A stretch of DNA of 64,000 nucleotides from the NCBI GenBank assembly GCA_963710605.1, contig CAVQBA010000004.1, forward strand, positions 96,001-160,000, written 5' to 3'. Below, piece after piece: positions 1 to 9,478 of this stretch. The stretch is from an uncultured cyanobacterium (GTDB lineage Bacteria > Cyanobacteriota > Cyanobacteriia > Cyanobacteriales > Cyanobacteriaceae). The notes under the pieces were generated by a model. The model was not told the DNA's origin, ran no database searches, and saw nothing but the letters and a program-made list of their open reading frames with translations. Made by a program: the position numbers and the translations under genes. Every line of letters starts with the position of its first letter. Within the stretch, counting starts at the first letter, position 1.

Positions 1-511
1 TTTCCTCTTGATTATTATTCATCGCTTCGGTGAAGTCGTTTTCTAAATCAGATTGTGATTCACTAATCGTTTCAGCTAAATCCGATTGTACTTCTTCGAC
101 TTTCGTTTGCAGACTTTCGACGGTTTCACGTACAGTATTAAATACCTCTTGTAATTCTGATGATTTACTGTCGCTATCTTCACCTAAGGCGGTTAATTCA
201 CCAACGGTTTCTTCTACTGTTTGACTGGTTTGCGATTGTATTGATTGAGTATTTGATTGTAAGTTATCTAAACCTTGACGTAAATTTTCACTTTCGCTAT
301 CTAACTCATCTCTAGCACCAGAAATACGTTCTAATAAACCATCTGCCCTAGTTGATAACTCATCCCAGTTGTTGTCGAATTGCTCACTAACGGCCGCTAA
401 TTCTTCTCTTGCTTGATTAAGATTTTCTTCAGCTTCATCAGCACGATTAAGCAATTCTTGAAGTTGGGTTACTGTTTCGGCAATACTTTGTTCTAAATCT
501 ACACTAGCCAT
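1..511 (-). CDS. Acidic coiled-coil protein, paralog 4 of the operon (partial, runs off the window start)
   Basis: Manual translation from ATG at 511 gives MASVDLEQSIAETVTQLQELLNRADEAEENLNQAREEL..., open to position 1. GAGG RBS upstream. N-terminus resembles that of 1639..2631. Absent from the ORF track because it lacks a stop. Confidence 0.9.
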   Translation of the reverse strand, partial: MASVDLEQSIAETVTQLQELLNRADEAEENLNQAREELAAVSEQFDNNWDELSTRADGLLERISGARDELDSESENLRQGLDNLQSNTQSIQSQTSQTVEETVGELTALGEDSDSKSSELQEVFNTVRETVESLQTKVEEVQSDLAETISESQSDLENDFTEAMNNNQEE

Positions 512-650
512 GATTTTTTCCTCTTAAATAATAAATAATTGTCTTGAAAAATTGAATGTTACGTTTTAGCTTTTAGTTGTGGGGTGTTAGGTTTTAGTTG
601 TTAATAAATTTAATTCTTAACTTTTAACTCTTAACTCTTAACTGTTAAGG

Positions 651-1583
651 CTATCCGAAATCAACACCAAACTTATCGGCGGCACTTCTAACTGAATCAA
701 CACCGTTTTCGATCGGCTCTTTAAAACCATCTAATTGATCAATCAAATCACCAATTACTTCTCTGACACCTGCTGATTCTTCCTCCGCATCGGTTACTTT
801 TTCCACCATGTCATCGATCGATGATGTTACTTGCCCAATAGCGGAGGCGATTAATTCTTGTAACTCAGTTTCGATTTCGGTTTGAGCTTTATCCATCAAA
901 CCATCAACACCTCCTGATAATGCTTCAGAAGTTGACCCTAAAACATTACTAAAGCTTTCACCAACAGAGGCAAATTCTTCTGCCATGGTTTGAATATTGG
1001 TGGTGACAGTTTCTTGATTTTGTTCTACTTGCTCAGTAAAACTTTGGGCTTCTTCTTCCATTCTGCTACTGACATCTTCTAATTTGTCTCGCATTGTCTC
1101 CATCACTGCTAAAGCACTTTCCATGGCTGAAGCTAATTCATCTTGATTACCTTGAATTGCTTCTTGAGCGGTATTCAATATTGCCATCGCTTCTTCTTCC
1201 GCCATTTTGGTTGTGGAATTATCTTCCTCGATTTGAGTTTGATATTGACTAATTTTTTCGCTAGTAGCCGCTACTTGCTCCATTATTTGCTCTTTAGATT
1301 CATTTAAGAAACTTTCTAATTCATTAGCTGTTTCTTCAAAGCTAGTCACGTTTTCTTGGGTTTGAGTTTGGTTTTCGGCTATTTCTTCTTGCATTTCGCC
1401 TAATGCACCTTGAACTTCTCCTAGGGTTTCGGTTACTTGTGCTTGTTTTTCTTGAACATTACTAACTAATTCATCTGCTTCTGCTTGTACTTCTTCGGCT
1501 AATGTCATTAGGTTTTCTAAACGTTCGGGAAATTCGATGATTAGTTGAGATAATAGATTGAGGCTATCGCTTAATTCACTCAT
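651..1583 (-). CDS. Acidic all-helical coiled-coil protein (apolipoprotein-like), function unknown
   Basis: 310 aa ORF, E/Q/S/T/A-rich with very few basic residues and amphipathic periodicity. Confidence 0.85.
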   Translation of the reverse strand: MSELSDSLNLLSQLIIEFPERLENLMTLAEEVQAEADELVSNVQEKQAQVTETLGEVQGALGEMQEEIAENQTQTQENVTSFEETANELESFLNESKEQIMEQVAATSEKISQYQTQIEEDNSTTKMAEEEAMAILNTAQEAIQGNQDELASAMESALAVMETMRDKLEDVSSRMEEEAQSFTEQVEQNQETVTTNIQTMAEEFASVGESFSNVLGSTSEALSGGVDGLMDKAQTEIETELQELIASAIGQVTSSIDDMVEKVTDAEEESAGVREVIGDLIDQLDGFKEPIENGVDSVRSAADKFGVDFG

Positions 1584-1638
1584 GATTATTAATTGGGTTA
1601 AAGATTGTGGTTATTGAATTGAGATTATGTAAATTAAT

Positions 1639-2631
1639 TTAGAAATCAAAGGCATCAAGTACAGCATTGATTGCACCAATTGCGACTTTAGCGGCGGCGA
1701 TGTAAGGTAGGATAGGACTAATACCACCTGTAACTGATGTACCTACACTTGTCATGGTGATTTGTTCGACCATTTCGCTGGCTAAGGATGCTACAGTGTT
1801 TTCGATCGCATCTTCAAAGGTTTCTTTTAATTCCTCTTTGGTAGTTTCTCCAGCGTATTCAGCGGTGTTGGTTAGTATTTCAGTAAATCTTTCTTTCAAT
1901 TCGTCGGCTAAATCTAAGTTTTCGTCGTTGAATGAAGTTAAAAATTCATCAAAATTACCAGTTAATTCTTCTAACTGCCCTGTAATTTCGGTAAGTTGCT
2001 CTCCTATTAGGTTGCCGCTAAAATCACTGAGTAATGTATCAAGGCTATCTTTGACTGTTTCACCAACATTGGTGGCGGTTTGTTCAAATAATTCTTCGGT
2101 TTCTTCTTGGGCAGAAGTTAAGTTGTCTTCCAAACCAGAGGTGTTTTCAGTGAAGGTGTTGAAAAATTCTTCGGCAGTATCACCATTTTGACTTAAGGAA
2201 TCTTCTAAGGAGGTTATTGTTTCCATCAATTCGCCAAAAGTTTGAGCTAATGCTTCGACGACACCATCTAATTCACTTTGCTGATTATCAACTTCGGTTT
2301 CGACTTCACCTTTAGTTTGCTCTACTGATTGATTTATCTCTTGTAATCTTTCTTGTAAATCATTAAGTGCTTCTTGAAAAGCTGTCATTTCACTAATCAT
2401 TGCTTCAGAATCTTGAGCAAATTCTTCTTGAGAACTTTCAAATTCTGTACTAGCATTGTCTAAAGTGTTGTTGACTTCTTCTTGACAGTTATCTAAAGAT
2501 TCGTTGGTTTCTCCTAACTGTTGAGTGAAATCTTCCATTTGATTATTGGCGATATCTAAGGCTTTGAGTAACTCTTCTAGTTTCTCTACCGACTCGTCAA
2601 TATTTTGCTCCATTGCTTGGGCTTCAGCCAT
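1639..2631 (-). CDS. Acidic coiled-coil protein with hydrophobic C-terminal segment
   Basis: 330 aa ORF with AGGAG RBS. C-terminus TSVGTSVTGGISPILPYIAAAKVAIGAINAVLDAFDF is hydrophobic. Confidence 0.85.
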   Translation of the reverse strand: MAEAQAMEQNIDESVEKLEELLKALDIANNQMEDFTQQLGETNESLDNCQEEVNNTLDNASTEFESSQEEFAQDSEAMISEMTAFQEALNDLQERLQEINQSVEQTKGEVETEVDNQQSELDGVVEALAQTFGELMETITSLEDSLSQNGDTAEEFFNTFTENTSGLEDNLTSAQEETEELFEQTATNVGETVKDSLDTLLSDFSGNLIGEQLTEITGQLEELTGNFDEFLTSFNDENLDLADELKERFTEILTNTAEYAGETTKEELKETFEDAIENTVASLASEMVEQITMTSVGTSVTGGISPILPYIAAAKVAIGAINAVLDAFDF

Positions 2632-2672
2632 GATTTTTGCTCCTTAAATAAATAAAATTACTAATTAATTTG

Positions 2673-3569
2673 TTATCCTAAGACTGTTTCGATCGCATCT
2701 AAGACAGGTTTAATTTGTTCAATCAAATCAGTCACTTCATCAACTTGATCGACAATGTCACCGATACTACCGTCTAATAAGTCTCCTACTTCTTCTCCTG
2801 CATCTTTCAAAAAGCCCATGCCATCGCTTAAAGCACCTGAAGATTCACTTAATTCACCTGTCAATTCCTCGATGAATTTAGCTGTTAAAGCACTCATTAC
2901 ATCACCTGCTTGAGACTCTAGATTACTGACTAAATTTTCTGCCCCTTCTTGACTAGCTGATGCAACGTCTTCAAATTCTGTTTGTAAGGTTTCTAATTTG
3001 TCATTTAACTCTTGAGCTAAAGTGCTAAACTGTTCCATCATGTTTTCAGTTTGGCTTTGGAAACTTTCGGTTGTACTACCAACTTGTTCTTTTAACTGCT
3101 CGATATTACTGTTAGCAGTTTCTTGATATGTTGCCATTTGCTCTTGCATCTGGTCGATATTTTGCCCATAATCATCAAAAGCTGATTGACTATCTTCTGT
3201 TTGGGTTTCAATTTCTTCGACAATTGCTTCTTTGCGTTCAATAAATTCTTGTAAACGTCCTTGAAAATCTTCCATCGATTGGTTTAGTTGTTCGCCTACT
3301 TCACTAATCTGTGATTCAAATTCACCCATCACCCCACGAGTATTTTCTAACTCTGTTTCGAGGTTACTTTCTGCTTCTTCTAACTCGGTTAGCATTGCTT
3401 CCCATTTAGCTTGAGATTCTTCTCCTGCTGTTTTGAGGTTTTCGGCAATTTCGGTTGCTTTCTCGACGATTTGCTCTACTTGCTCGAAGGCTTTTTCTCC
3501 TTCTAATATTAAACTTTGAGCCCTTTCGTCTGCTTGTTCAATCAAGGCATTAATTTCATTGGTAGCCAT
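2673..3569 (-). CDS. Acidic coiled-coil protein, first gene of the operon
   Basis: 298 aa ORF with AAGGA RBS and the same composition as its neighbours. Its IGDIVDQVDE matches IGDLIDQLDG in 651..1583. Confidence 0.85.
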   Translation of the reverse strand: MATNEINALIEQADERAQSLILEGEKAFEQVEQIVEKATEIAENLKTAGEESQAKWEAMLTELEEAESNLETELENTRGVMGEFESQISEVGEQLNQSMEDFQGRLQEFIERKEAIVEEIETQTEDSQSAFDDYGQNIDQMQEQMATYQETANSNIEQLKEQVGSTTESFQSQTENMMEQFSTLAQELNDKLETLQTEFEDVASASQEGAENLVSNLESQAGDVMSALTAKFIEELTGELSESSGALSDGMGFLKDAGEEVGDLLDGSIGDIVDQVDEVTDLIEQIKPVLDAIETVLG

Positions 3570-4154
3570 AATCGGTTATTCCTTTTTTAGCATTCTGTTA
3601 GTATATAGGTCTAATATTTCGGGGTATGCAATTTTTTTAATTAAAAATTTTTTCTAAGCTAATTTAAATAGATATTTTTACTTTTGTAGCAAAAACGATC
3701 GATTGAATACCCTTGATTTAGTTAGTTGTTTCGATTCCTAAATAGTTAATACTATAATCTACGAATTTGGTGATAAAAGTATTAGTTGTCGATTGTTTTA
3801 CTGATTGTGGATATATTTTAATTCGATCGTTTGAAAATGATCCTAAATCGAAAAACATTGTAATAATTCATAATAAATAACACCCTGTCACCGAGCCACT
3901 ATCAATGATTAATTATTAATTGTCAATTATCAGTTATTAATTATTAACTATCTTTGATATTTTGGTTAATGACTGTTATCGTAACGATACAATTGAAGCT
4001 ACTGTACCTGAGATTAACAGATAAGATATCTATATCTAAGACAAAAATTATTTTCTTTACTATCTTAAATTCGCTATTTTGAATGAAGGTAATCAATTAA
4101 TAAGCAATTTTTAATTGTTTTTGCATATTGCCAAAAAGTATAACCAATAAATAA

Positions 4155-5615
4155 ATGGATATGGTAATACAAAATATCATTGACAAATTTTCAACTTATA
4201 TTCAAGTTAAACAACAAGGTAACAACTATTTTGTTCCTATTTATTTAACTGATGTTAAGTTAAAAAAAACTATATCTTCTCACTTACAATCATTTACTAA
4301 TGATAAAGAAGAAGACTGTATTCGTCATTTTTTACGATCGTTAAAAAAATCTAACTATCAAGATGTAACTACTAAACAATTGATTGTTTGTTATTTACAA
4401 AAAGCTTGTTGGTATGCCTCGCAAAAAGTAAGCCGAGAGTTGAGTCAGACTAGTAATCTAAATTTGCATTATTCTCATGAAGATTGTTTTATGATTGCTT
4501 GTGAGTTGGCATTACAACCGAGAAAATTACTTGATAATTTTAATTTTGAGACTAAAGTATCGGTACAAACTTATGTACAAACTGTATTAAGCAGAATGAT
4601 TAAAAATCAAATTGTGACACAGTTAAAAGCTAAATCTTTAAAATTTTCTGATCAAGGTTTACTAAAAAATACTAGTAAAAGTCAATTAGATGAATCACTT
4701 TCTACTTATGGTATAAATCAAACTAAAATGACTGAGTATGGTATATTTTTTCAGTCTTTTAAAGACTTATATTATACTTTATTAGATTTGAGTTTAGACT
4801 CAAGTAATAATAGTGATAAAAATTTAATTAGTACTTTAAATCAAGCACAAACTAAAGCTCTTAACGATCGTATTCAACAACAATTTAAACGTTTAGGTTT
4901 ACCTCAAAAAAATCTATCAACTGAGGAAATTCAACAAAATCTTAGTTTTTGTGTACAAGTAATTCGTAACTATCAAAATCGTACCTTTGTGGATTTAGAT
5001 AATGTTCATCAAGATTTAACTACAACTGCTAATTCTCTTGATTTATTATCCCAAAGTGAAGAATATAAACAGTTTGAACAATTACGTAATATAGTAGTCA
5101 AAGAATTTGAACCTTTAGATTTAGCTCATAAAGTTATTTTACTTTGGTTAGGATTAGAGATAAATCAAGCTGATTTTAGAGAACTTTTGCAATGTGAACA
5201 ACAATTTCAAGTTTCTCGTCAATTAACGAAATATCTTAAAAATATTCTCAAAGCAATCGTTCAAAAAGTCTTAACAAATTCTAGTCAATTAACTAACAAA
5301 GAGTTAAATAAACTTTGTCAAGAAAATACTAAAGTTATTAAAGATTATTTACAATTATATAGTCAAGATTATTTTATTAATTTGTTGATGAATATTGTTA
5401 ATAGTAATGATGATTTAATCAAAAAATTAATCTTAGAAATTAGTAATAATTATTTTATTATCATAGTTGATTTACTAAAAAATAAAATTGATGAAAAACT
5501 AGAAATAAAAATACAACAATTTGCTTGTGCTACACAAAGACTTAACTATTTTGTATTTCAAACTCTAAGTAACAACAAAGCATTATTGATTAGCCAACAA
5601 AAAATAGAGGAGTAA
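4155..5615 (+). CDS. Sigma-70-like / HTH protein of the cyanobacterial DUF1822-associated type
   Basis: 486 aa. YLQKACW...LLDNFN...QTY segment resembles sigma region 2, and the LEINQADF...QFQVSRQL segment resembles an HTH. It sits 4 bp before a DUF1822 gene, the usual arrangement. Confidence 0.65.
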   Translation: MDMVIQNIIDKFSTYIQVKQQGNNYFVPIYLTDVKLKKTISSHLQSFTNDKEEDCIRHFLRSLKKSNYQDVTTKQLIVCYLQKACWYASQKVSRELSQTSNLNLHYSHEDCFMIACELALQPRKLLDNFNFETKVSVQTYVQTVLSRMIKNQIVTQLKAKSLKFSDQGLLKNTSKSQLDESLSTYGINQTKMTEYGIFFQSFKDLYYTLLDLSLDSSNNSDKNLISTLNQAQTKALNDRIQQQFKRLGLPQKNLSTEEIQQNLSFCVQVIRNYQNRTFVDLDNVHQDLTTTANSLDLLSQSEEYKQFEQLRNIVVKEFEPLDLAHKVILLWLGLEINQADFRELLQCEQQFQVSRQLTKYLKNILKAIVQKVLTNSSQLTNKELNKLCQENTKVIKDYLQLYSQDYFINLLMNIVNSNDDLIKKLILEISNNYFIIIVDLLKNKIDEKLEIKIQQFACATQRLNYFVFQTLSNNKALLISQQKIEE

Positions 5616-5619
5616 AAAA

Positions 5620-6870
5620 ATGAGTATTACGAGCAAAGATTTAGCTATTATATATCCAGAGCAACTATTAATCCCCTTTAGCCAAGACGATAAACAACAG
5701 GCATGGCAAAAGGCAACACAAAATAATCAAGACAACAAAGCAGTTATCTGGAATAGTTTTCTTAATCATCTTTGTTTGCAATATATACCTTATTTAAAAT
5801 CCGATATTACTGATAATGTAACGATACAAACTTGGCAATCAGAAGCAAAATTAAACCAAATTTGGCAATTAGTAAATGGTAATGCGATCGATATTGTATC
5901 AGAAAACTCAACCACAACTAGATTAGTTTTAATCCCCACTAATGAAGAGACAGACGAATTAAGAGTGCCTAGAGAATGGTTAGATTTACCAAATTGGGTT
6001 GGTAATTATTATATAGCGGTGCAAATCAACGAACAAGAAAATTACCTGACAATTCAAGGATATACCACCTACGAAGAGTTAACTGAATATGGAAATTACG
6101 ATGCGATTGATGAAACTTATAGTCTTCCTCTCACTAATTTAACTGAAGATTTGACATCAATGTATATCAGTTTAGAATTATACCCTTATCATCGCCCTCA
6201 ACTAAAAAACGAATATATTCTAGATAGTGATAAGCTACCAGAAATTGTTAGCCAATTGAAATCAACCACAATGACATTACCTCGTTTAGAAATTCCTTTT
6301 ACTGATTGGGGGGCAATCATTGACAATCCAGAAACTAGATATTTTTTCAGTGAAGATAAATATAACCAAAATAATAAAGAAGAGTCAATCGTTAATAATG
6401 ATAAAGTAATTAAAGACAATCAAGGTGTAAAATTATTACAATGGCTAGAAGACGCAGTAACATCAGGTTGGCAAACTTTAGATAGTTTAATTAATCAAGA
6501 GCAACTAAACTTAGCCTATAACTATCGTCGTAGTAATAGTGATAATAGCGTTGAAGCAGTAAAACTAGTTGAGATACCAACAAATACAGGTATGCAAACT
6601 CTAGCTTTAGTTATTCATTTAGAAAAAACTCCAGAAGGCAAATTTACCCTCAAAATACAACTCAATTCTACTGCCGAAAAATCGACTCTTCCCAGTCAAC
6701 TCAAACTACAAATGGTATCTTATTCACAAAAAATTATTCAAGAAGTAGAAGCTAGAGATAATGATAATTCAATTCAATTAAAACAATTTACCACCCGTAG
6801 CGGTCAAAAATTTTTGATTAACATTGTTCAAGAAAAATTTACTTGGGTAGAACAATTTTCTGTAAGTTAA
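5620..6870 (+). CDS. DUF1822 family protein
   Basis: Motifs WQLVNG, RLVLIP, ELRVPREWLDLPNWVGNYYIAVQI, WL...GWQTL and the C-terminal EARDNDNSIQL beta domain. Confidence 0.85.
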   Translation: MSITSKDLAIIYPEQLLIPFSQDDKQQAWQKATQNNQDNKAVIWNSFLNHLCLQYIPYLKSDITDNVTIQTWQSEAKLNQIWQLVNGNAIDIVSENSTTTRLVLIPTNEETDELRVPREWLDLPNWVGNYYIAVQINEQENYLTIQGYTTYEELTEYGNYDAIDETYSLPLTNLTEDLTSMYISLELYPYHRPQLKNEYILDSDKLPEIVSQLKSTTMTLPRLEIPFTDWGAIIDNPETRYFFSEDKYNQNNKEESIVNNDKVIKDNQGVKLLQWLEDAVTSGWQTLDSLINQEQLNLAYNYRRSNSDNSVEAVKLVEIPTNTGMQTLALVIHLEKTPEGKFTLKIQLNSTAEKSTLPSQLKLQMVSYSQKIIQEVEARDNDNSIQLKQFTTRSGQKFLINIVQEKFTWVEQFSVS

Positions 6871-7268
6871 AATTCAATTTTTATTAGTACCAAAAACGGT
6901 ATTAATAACTAGTTTTGTTATGTATTTATCAAATTCTAAAATACAATATTTAGCGATAACTATAGTTATTTCGATTAAGATTTAGACAGTATTAATAACA
7001 CTTAAAATTATAAGCCCTCACCCCGCTTTGAAATAAATTACAAGGCTAACAGCAAGACGTTTAATAAATCAAACTCAAATTCAATATAAAAAATATCTCT
7101 CAAGTTATTTCAAGTAACTATAAATACTCTAAATATTACTATATTAACTACTAAATTAATTAATATGATTTAATATTATCAAGTAAATTTGCCACTGTAG
7201 TTATCAAGAAATCAAATAACAACTACTTAATTATCAATTGTCAATTATCAATTATCAATTACAAAACT

Positions 7269-9098
7269 ATGTCTGGCTTAGTTGAAATTAATTTAGGAAA
7301 AGGTAATTTAGAAGAAGGCTTTGATTTAGTCACGGTAAAAATAGATAAAAAGACTCAATGTACAAGTAGTCTTCCTCCTTCACCAGAGTTACAACAAATA
7401 TATTATCGTTGGTTATCCTTTTACCAATCACTATATCAGTCTCGTCGTTTTGCTATCAGACAAAGACAACCAGTAGCGGTAGTAAATAATTTTGAGGATG
7501 ATGATGATGATGACTTTGAAATTGATGAAGATGATATTACTCATGTTTGTGAAGAAGATTTTACTGACATCTGTCTTCAATTAGAAAATAGCCTTAATCA
7601 ATGGTTAGGAAATAACAGTTTTGTCAATACTGAAAATAAACTTAGACAACAATTACCACCAGAAAAAGAACTTATTTTTGTTTTAGAATCAGAAGATTAT
7701 TTAATCAAAAAAATACCTTGGCATTTGTGGCAATTTTTCGATGATTATCCCTTAACAGAAATTAGTTTAAGTAATCTTTATTTTAAGCCTAGGGCGACTA
7801 TTTTTAATAAAAGTAAGAAAGTTAGAGTTTTAGCTATTTTAGGTGATTCTACAGGAATTGATGTCCAAAGCGATCGTCAAATTTTAACTAATTTAGAAAA
7901 TACAGAAACGTTATTTTTAGTAGAACCAACTATTGATGAATTATACACTCATTTGTTAGCTGAAAACGGTTGGGATATTTTGTTTTTTTCTGGGCATAGT
8001 GAAACTAATATAGCTGAAAACTATACAGGTTATATGTATTTAAATCAACAAGAAAAACTAACTATGGAGGAGTTAAAAAATGGTATCAAAAAAGCAACTG
8101 ACAATGGTTTACAATTAGCTATTTTGAATTCTTGTGATGGTTTGGGTTTGGGTAAACAATTAGCTGATTTATCTATTCCTCAAACTATTTTAATGCGAGA
8201 ATCGATCGCTGATCAAGTAGCACAACAATTTTTACAATCTTTTTTGGACATTTTTTCCCATGGACAAAGTTTATATTTATCAGTTAAAGAAGCTAGAGAA
8301 AAACTAAAAACGATCGAAAATCAATTCCCAGCGGCGAGTTGGCTTCCTGTTATTTGGCAAAATCCTGCTGTTATACCCCCTGTGTGGCAAGATTTATGTT
8401 TTACCCCAACAACTCTCAAACGTAAAATAAATCAAATTTTATCTGCTAGTGTCGCAGTCTTTAGTTTAATCATCGGTGTCTTTAGCTTAACTAATCAAGC
8501 TGAAGCCAGAGAATTTGAGCAAAATAATTCTTTAATCGATTTAGGTAATTATTTACAACAACAAACTTTAAATTTACAGCAGTTTAATAATTATTTAAAA
8601 GCAGATTTTAACGAGGAATATCTGGATAATCAATTAATTGAATCAATTGATAGTATTAGCAGTCAATTACAAGATAATAGTTTACCTTCAATATCAGATT
8701 TGAATTTTTTAAATGATAGTTTTAATCAACAACTACAAGTAGATAATACTCTTAGTTTGACTGAAAATGTCAACGATGGGCAAGTTAATAATAAGGTAAC
8801 TAATCCGCAATCAACTCAGAATTTAGAAAACCTTAATCAGATTAATTCATCATCAGAAACTCAGCAATTGTTAAATTCAGTTGAGCAGATAAGTGATAGT
8901 TTAGAAGAATTTTCGGCGGATATAGATAACTTAAATATAACGATCGAGCAAATCAATGAGAATAACAATCTCTGGTTAGAAGATATTAACAAAATCGATC
9001 GAGATTTACAAGCATATAAAGAAGATTTGGCAGTTAAAATGAATGATAACGAAAAAATGCTCACTGAATATTCTGAGCTATTAAAAAGAATACTATAA
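7269..9098 (+). CDS. CHAT (caspase/HetF-like) protease with TM helix and N/Q/D-rich coiled-coil tail
   Basis: Catalytic dyad motifs LFFSGHS and AILNSCDGLGL, plus IPWHLW, MRESIAD and WLPVIWQNP. Hydrophobic stretch ILSASVAVFSLIIGVFSL follows. Confidence 0.85.
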   Translation: MSGLVEINLGKGNLEEGFDLVTVKIDKKTQCTSSLPPSPELQQIYYRWLSFYQSLYQSRRFAIRQRQPVAVVNNFEDDDDDDFEIDEDDITHVCEEDFTDICLQLENSLNQWLGNNSFVNTENKLRQQLPPEKELIFVLESEDYLIKKIPWHLWQFFDDYPLTEISLSNLYFKPRATIFNKSKKVRVLAILGDSTGIDVQSDRQILTNLENTETLFLVEPTIDELYTHLLAENGWDILFFSGHSETNIAENYTGYMYLNQQEKLTMEELKNGIKKATDNGLQLAILNSCDGLGLGKQLADLSIPQTILMRESIADQVAQQFLQSFLDIFSHGQSLYLSVKEAREKLKTIENQFPAASWLPVIWQNPAVIPPVWQDLCFTPTTLKRKINQILSASVAVFSLIIGVFSLTNQAEAREFEQNNSLIDLGNYLQQQTLNLQQFNNYLKADFNEEYLDNQLIESIDSISSQLQDNSLPSISDLNFLNDSFNQQLQVDNTLSLTENVNDGQVNNKVTNPQSTQNLENLNQINSSSETQQLLNSVEQISDSLEEFSADIDNLNITIEQINENNNLWLEDINKIDRDLQAYKEDLAVKMNDNEKMLTEYSELLKRIL

Positions 9099-9478
9099 AC
9101 TAATAAATTTAGTTTAGTAAATTTTTGTCAAAGAAAATTACCTGTGATATTTTATACTCTGTGAAGACTACAAGTCATTTAAAGCTTTATTACCCGATTA
9201 AAAAAAATAGCGATTAGTCACACTAATCAACTATCTCATTATAATTAAATTGAAGTAAGATCATAAATTATCATATGTATATTCAGAGAAAAAAATTGTT
9301 AATCGCTTTATCTGTCAATGTATTAATTCTAAAAAGTTATTTAGATTGTGAGTTAAAATCGTTATATAGCTTTATGTACAAAGACTCTACCTATTTAACT
9401 TATCTGCTCAACAAGTAGAAATACTAAAAATAATAGCATCGTTAAAACCAGAGAAACACTTAAACAATCGAATAACTG

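Noticed and set aside
30-2191. Plus-strand Ser-rich ORFs 30..224 and 1754..2191 (likewise 9540..10028 and other antisense ORFs in the track)
   Set aside because: Antisense shadows of Glu/Asp-rich genes, with no RBS or domain features.
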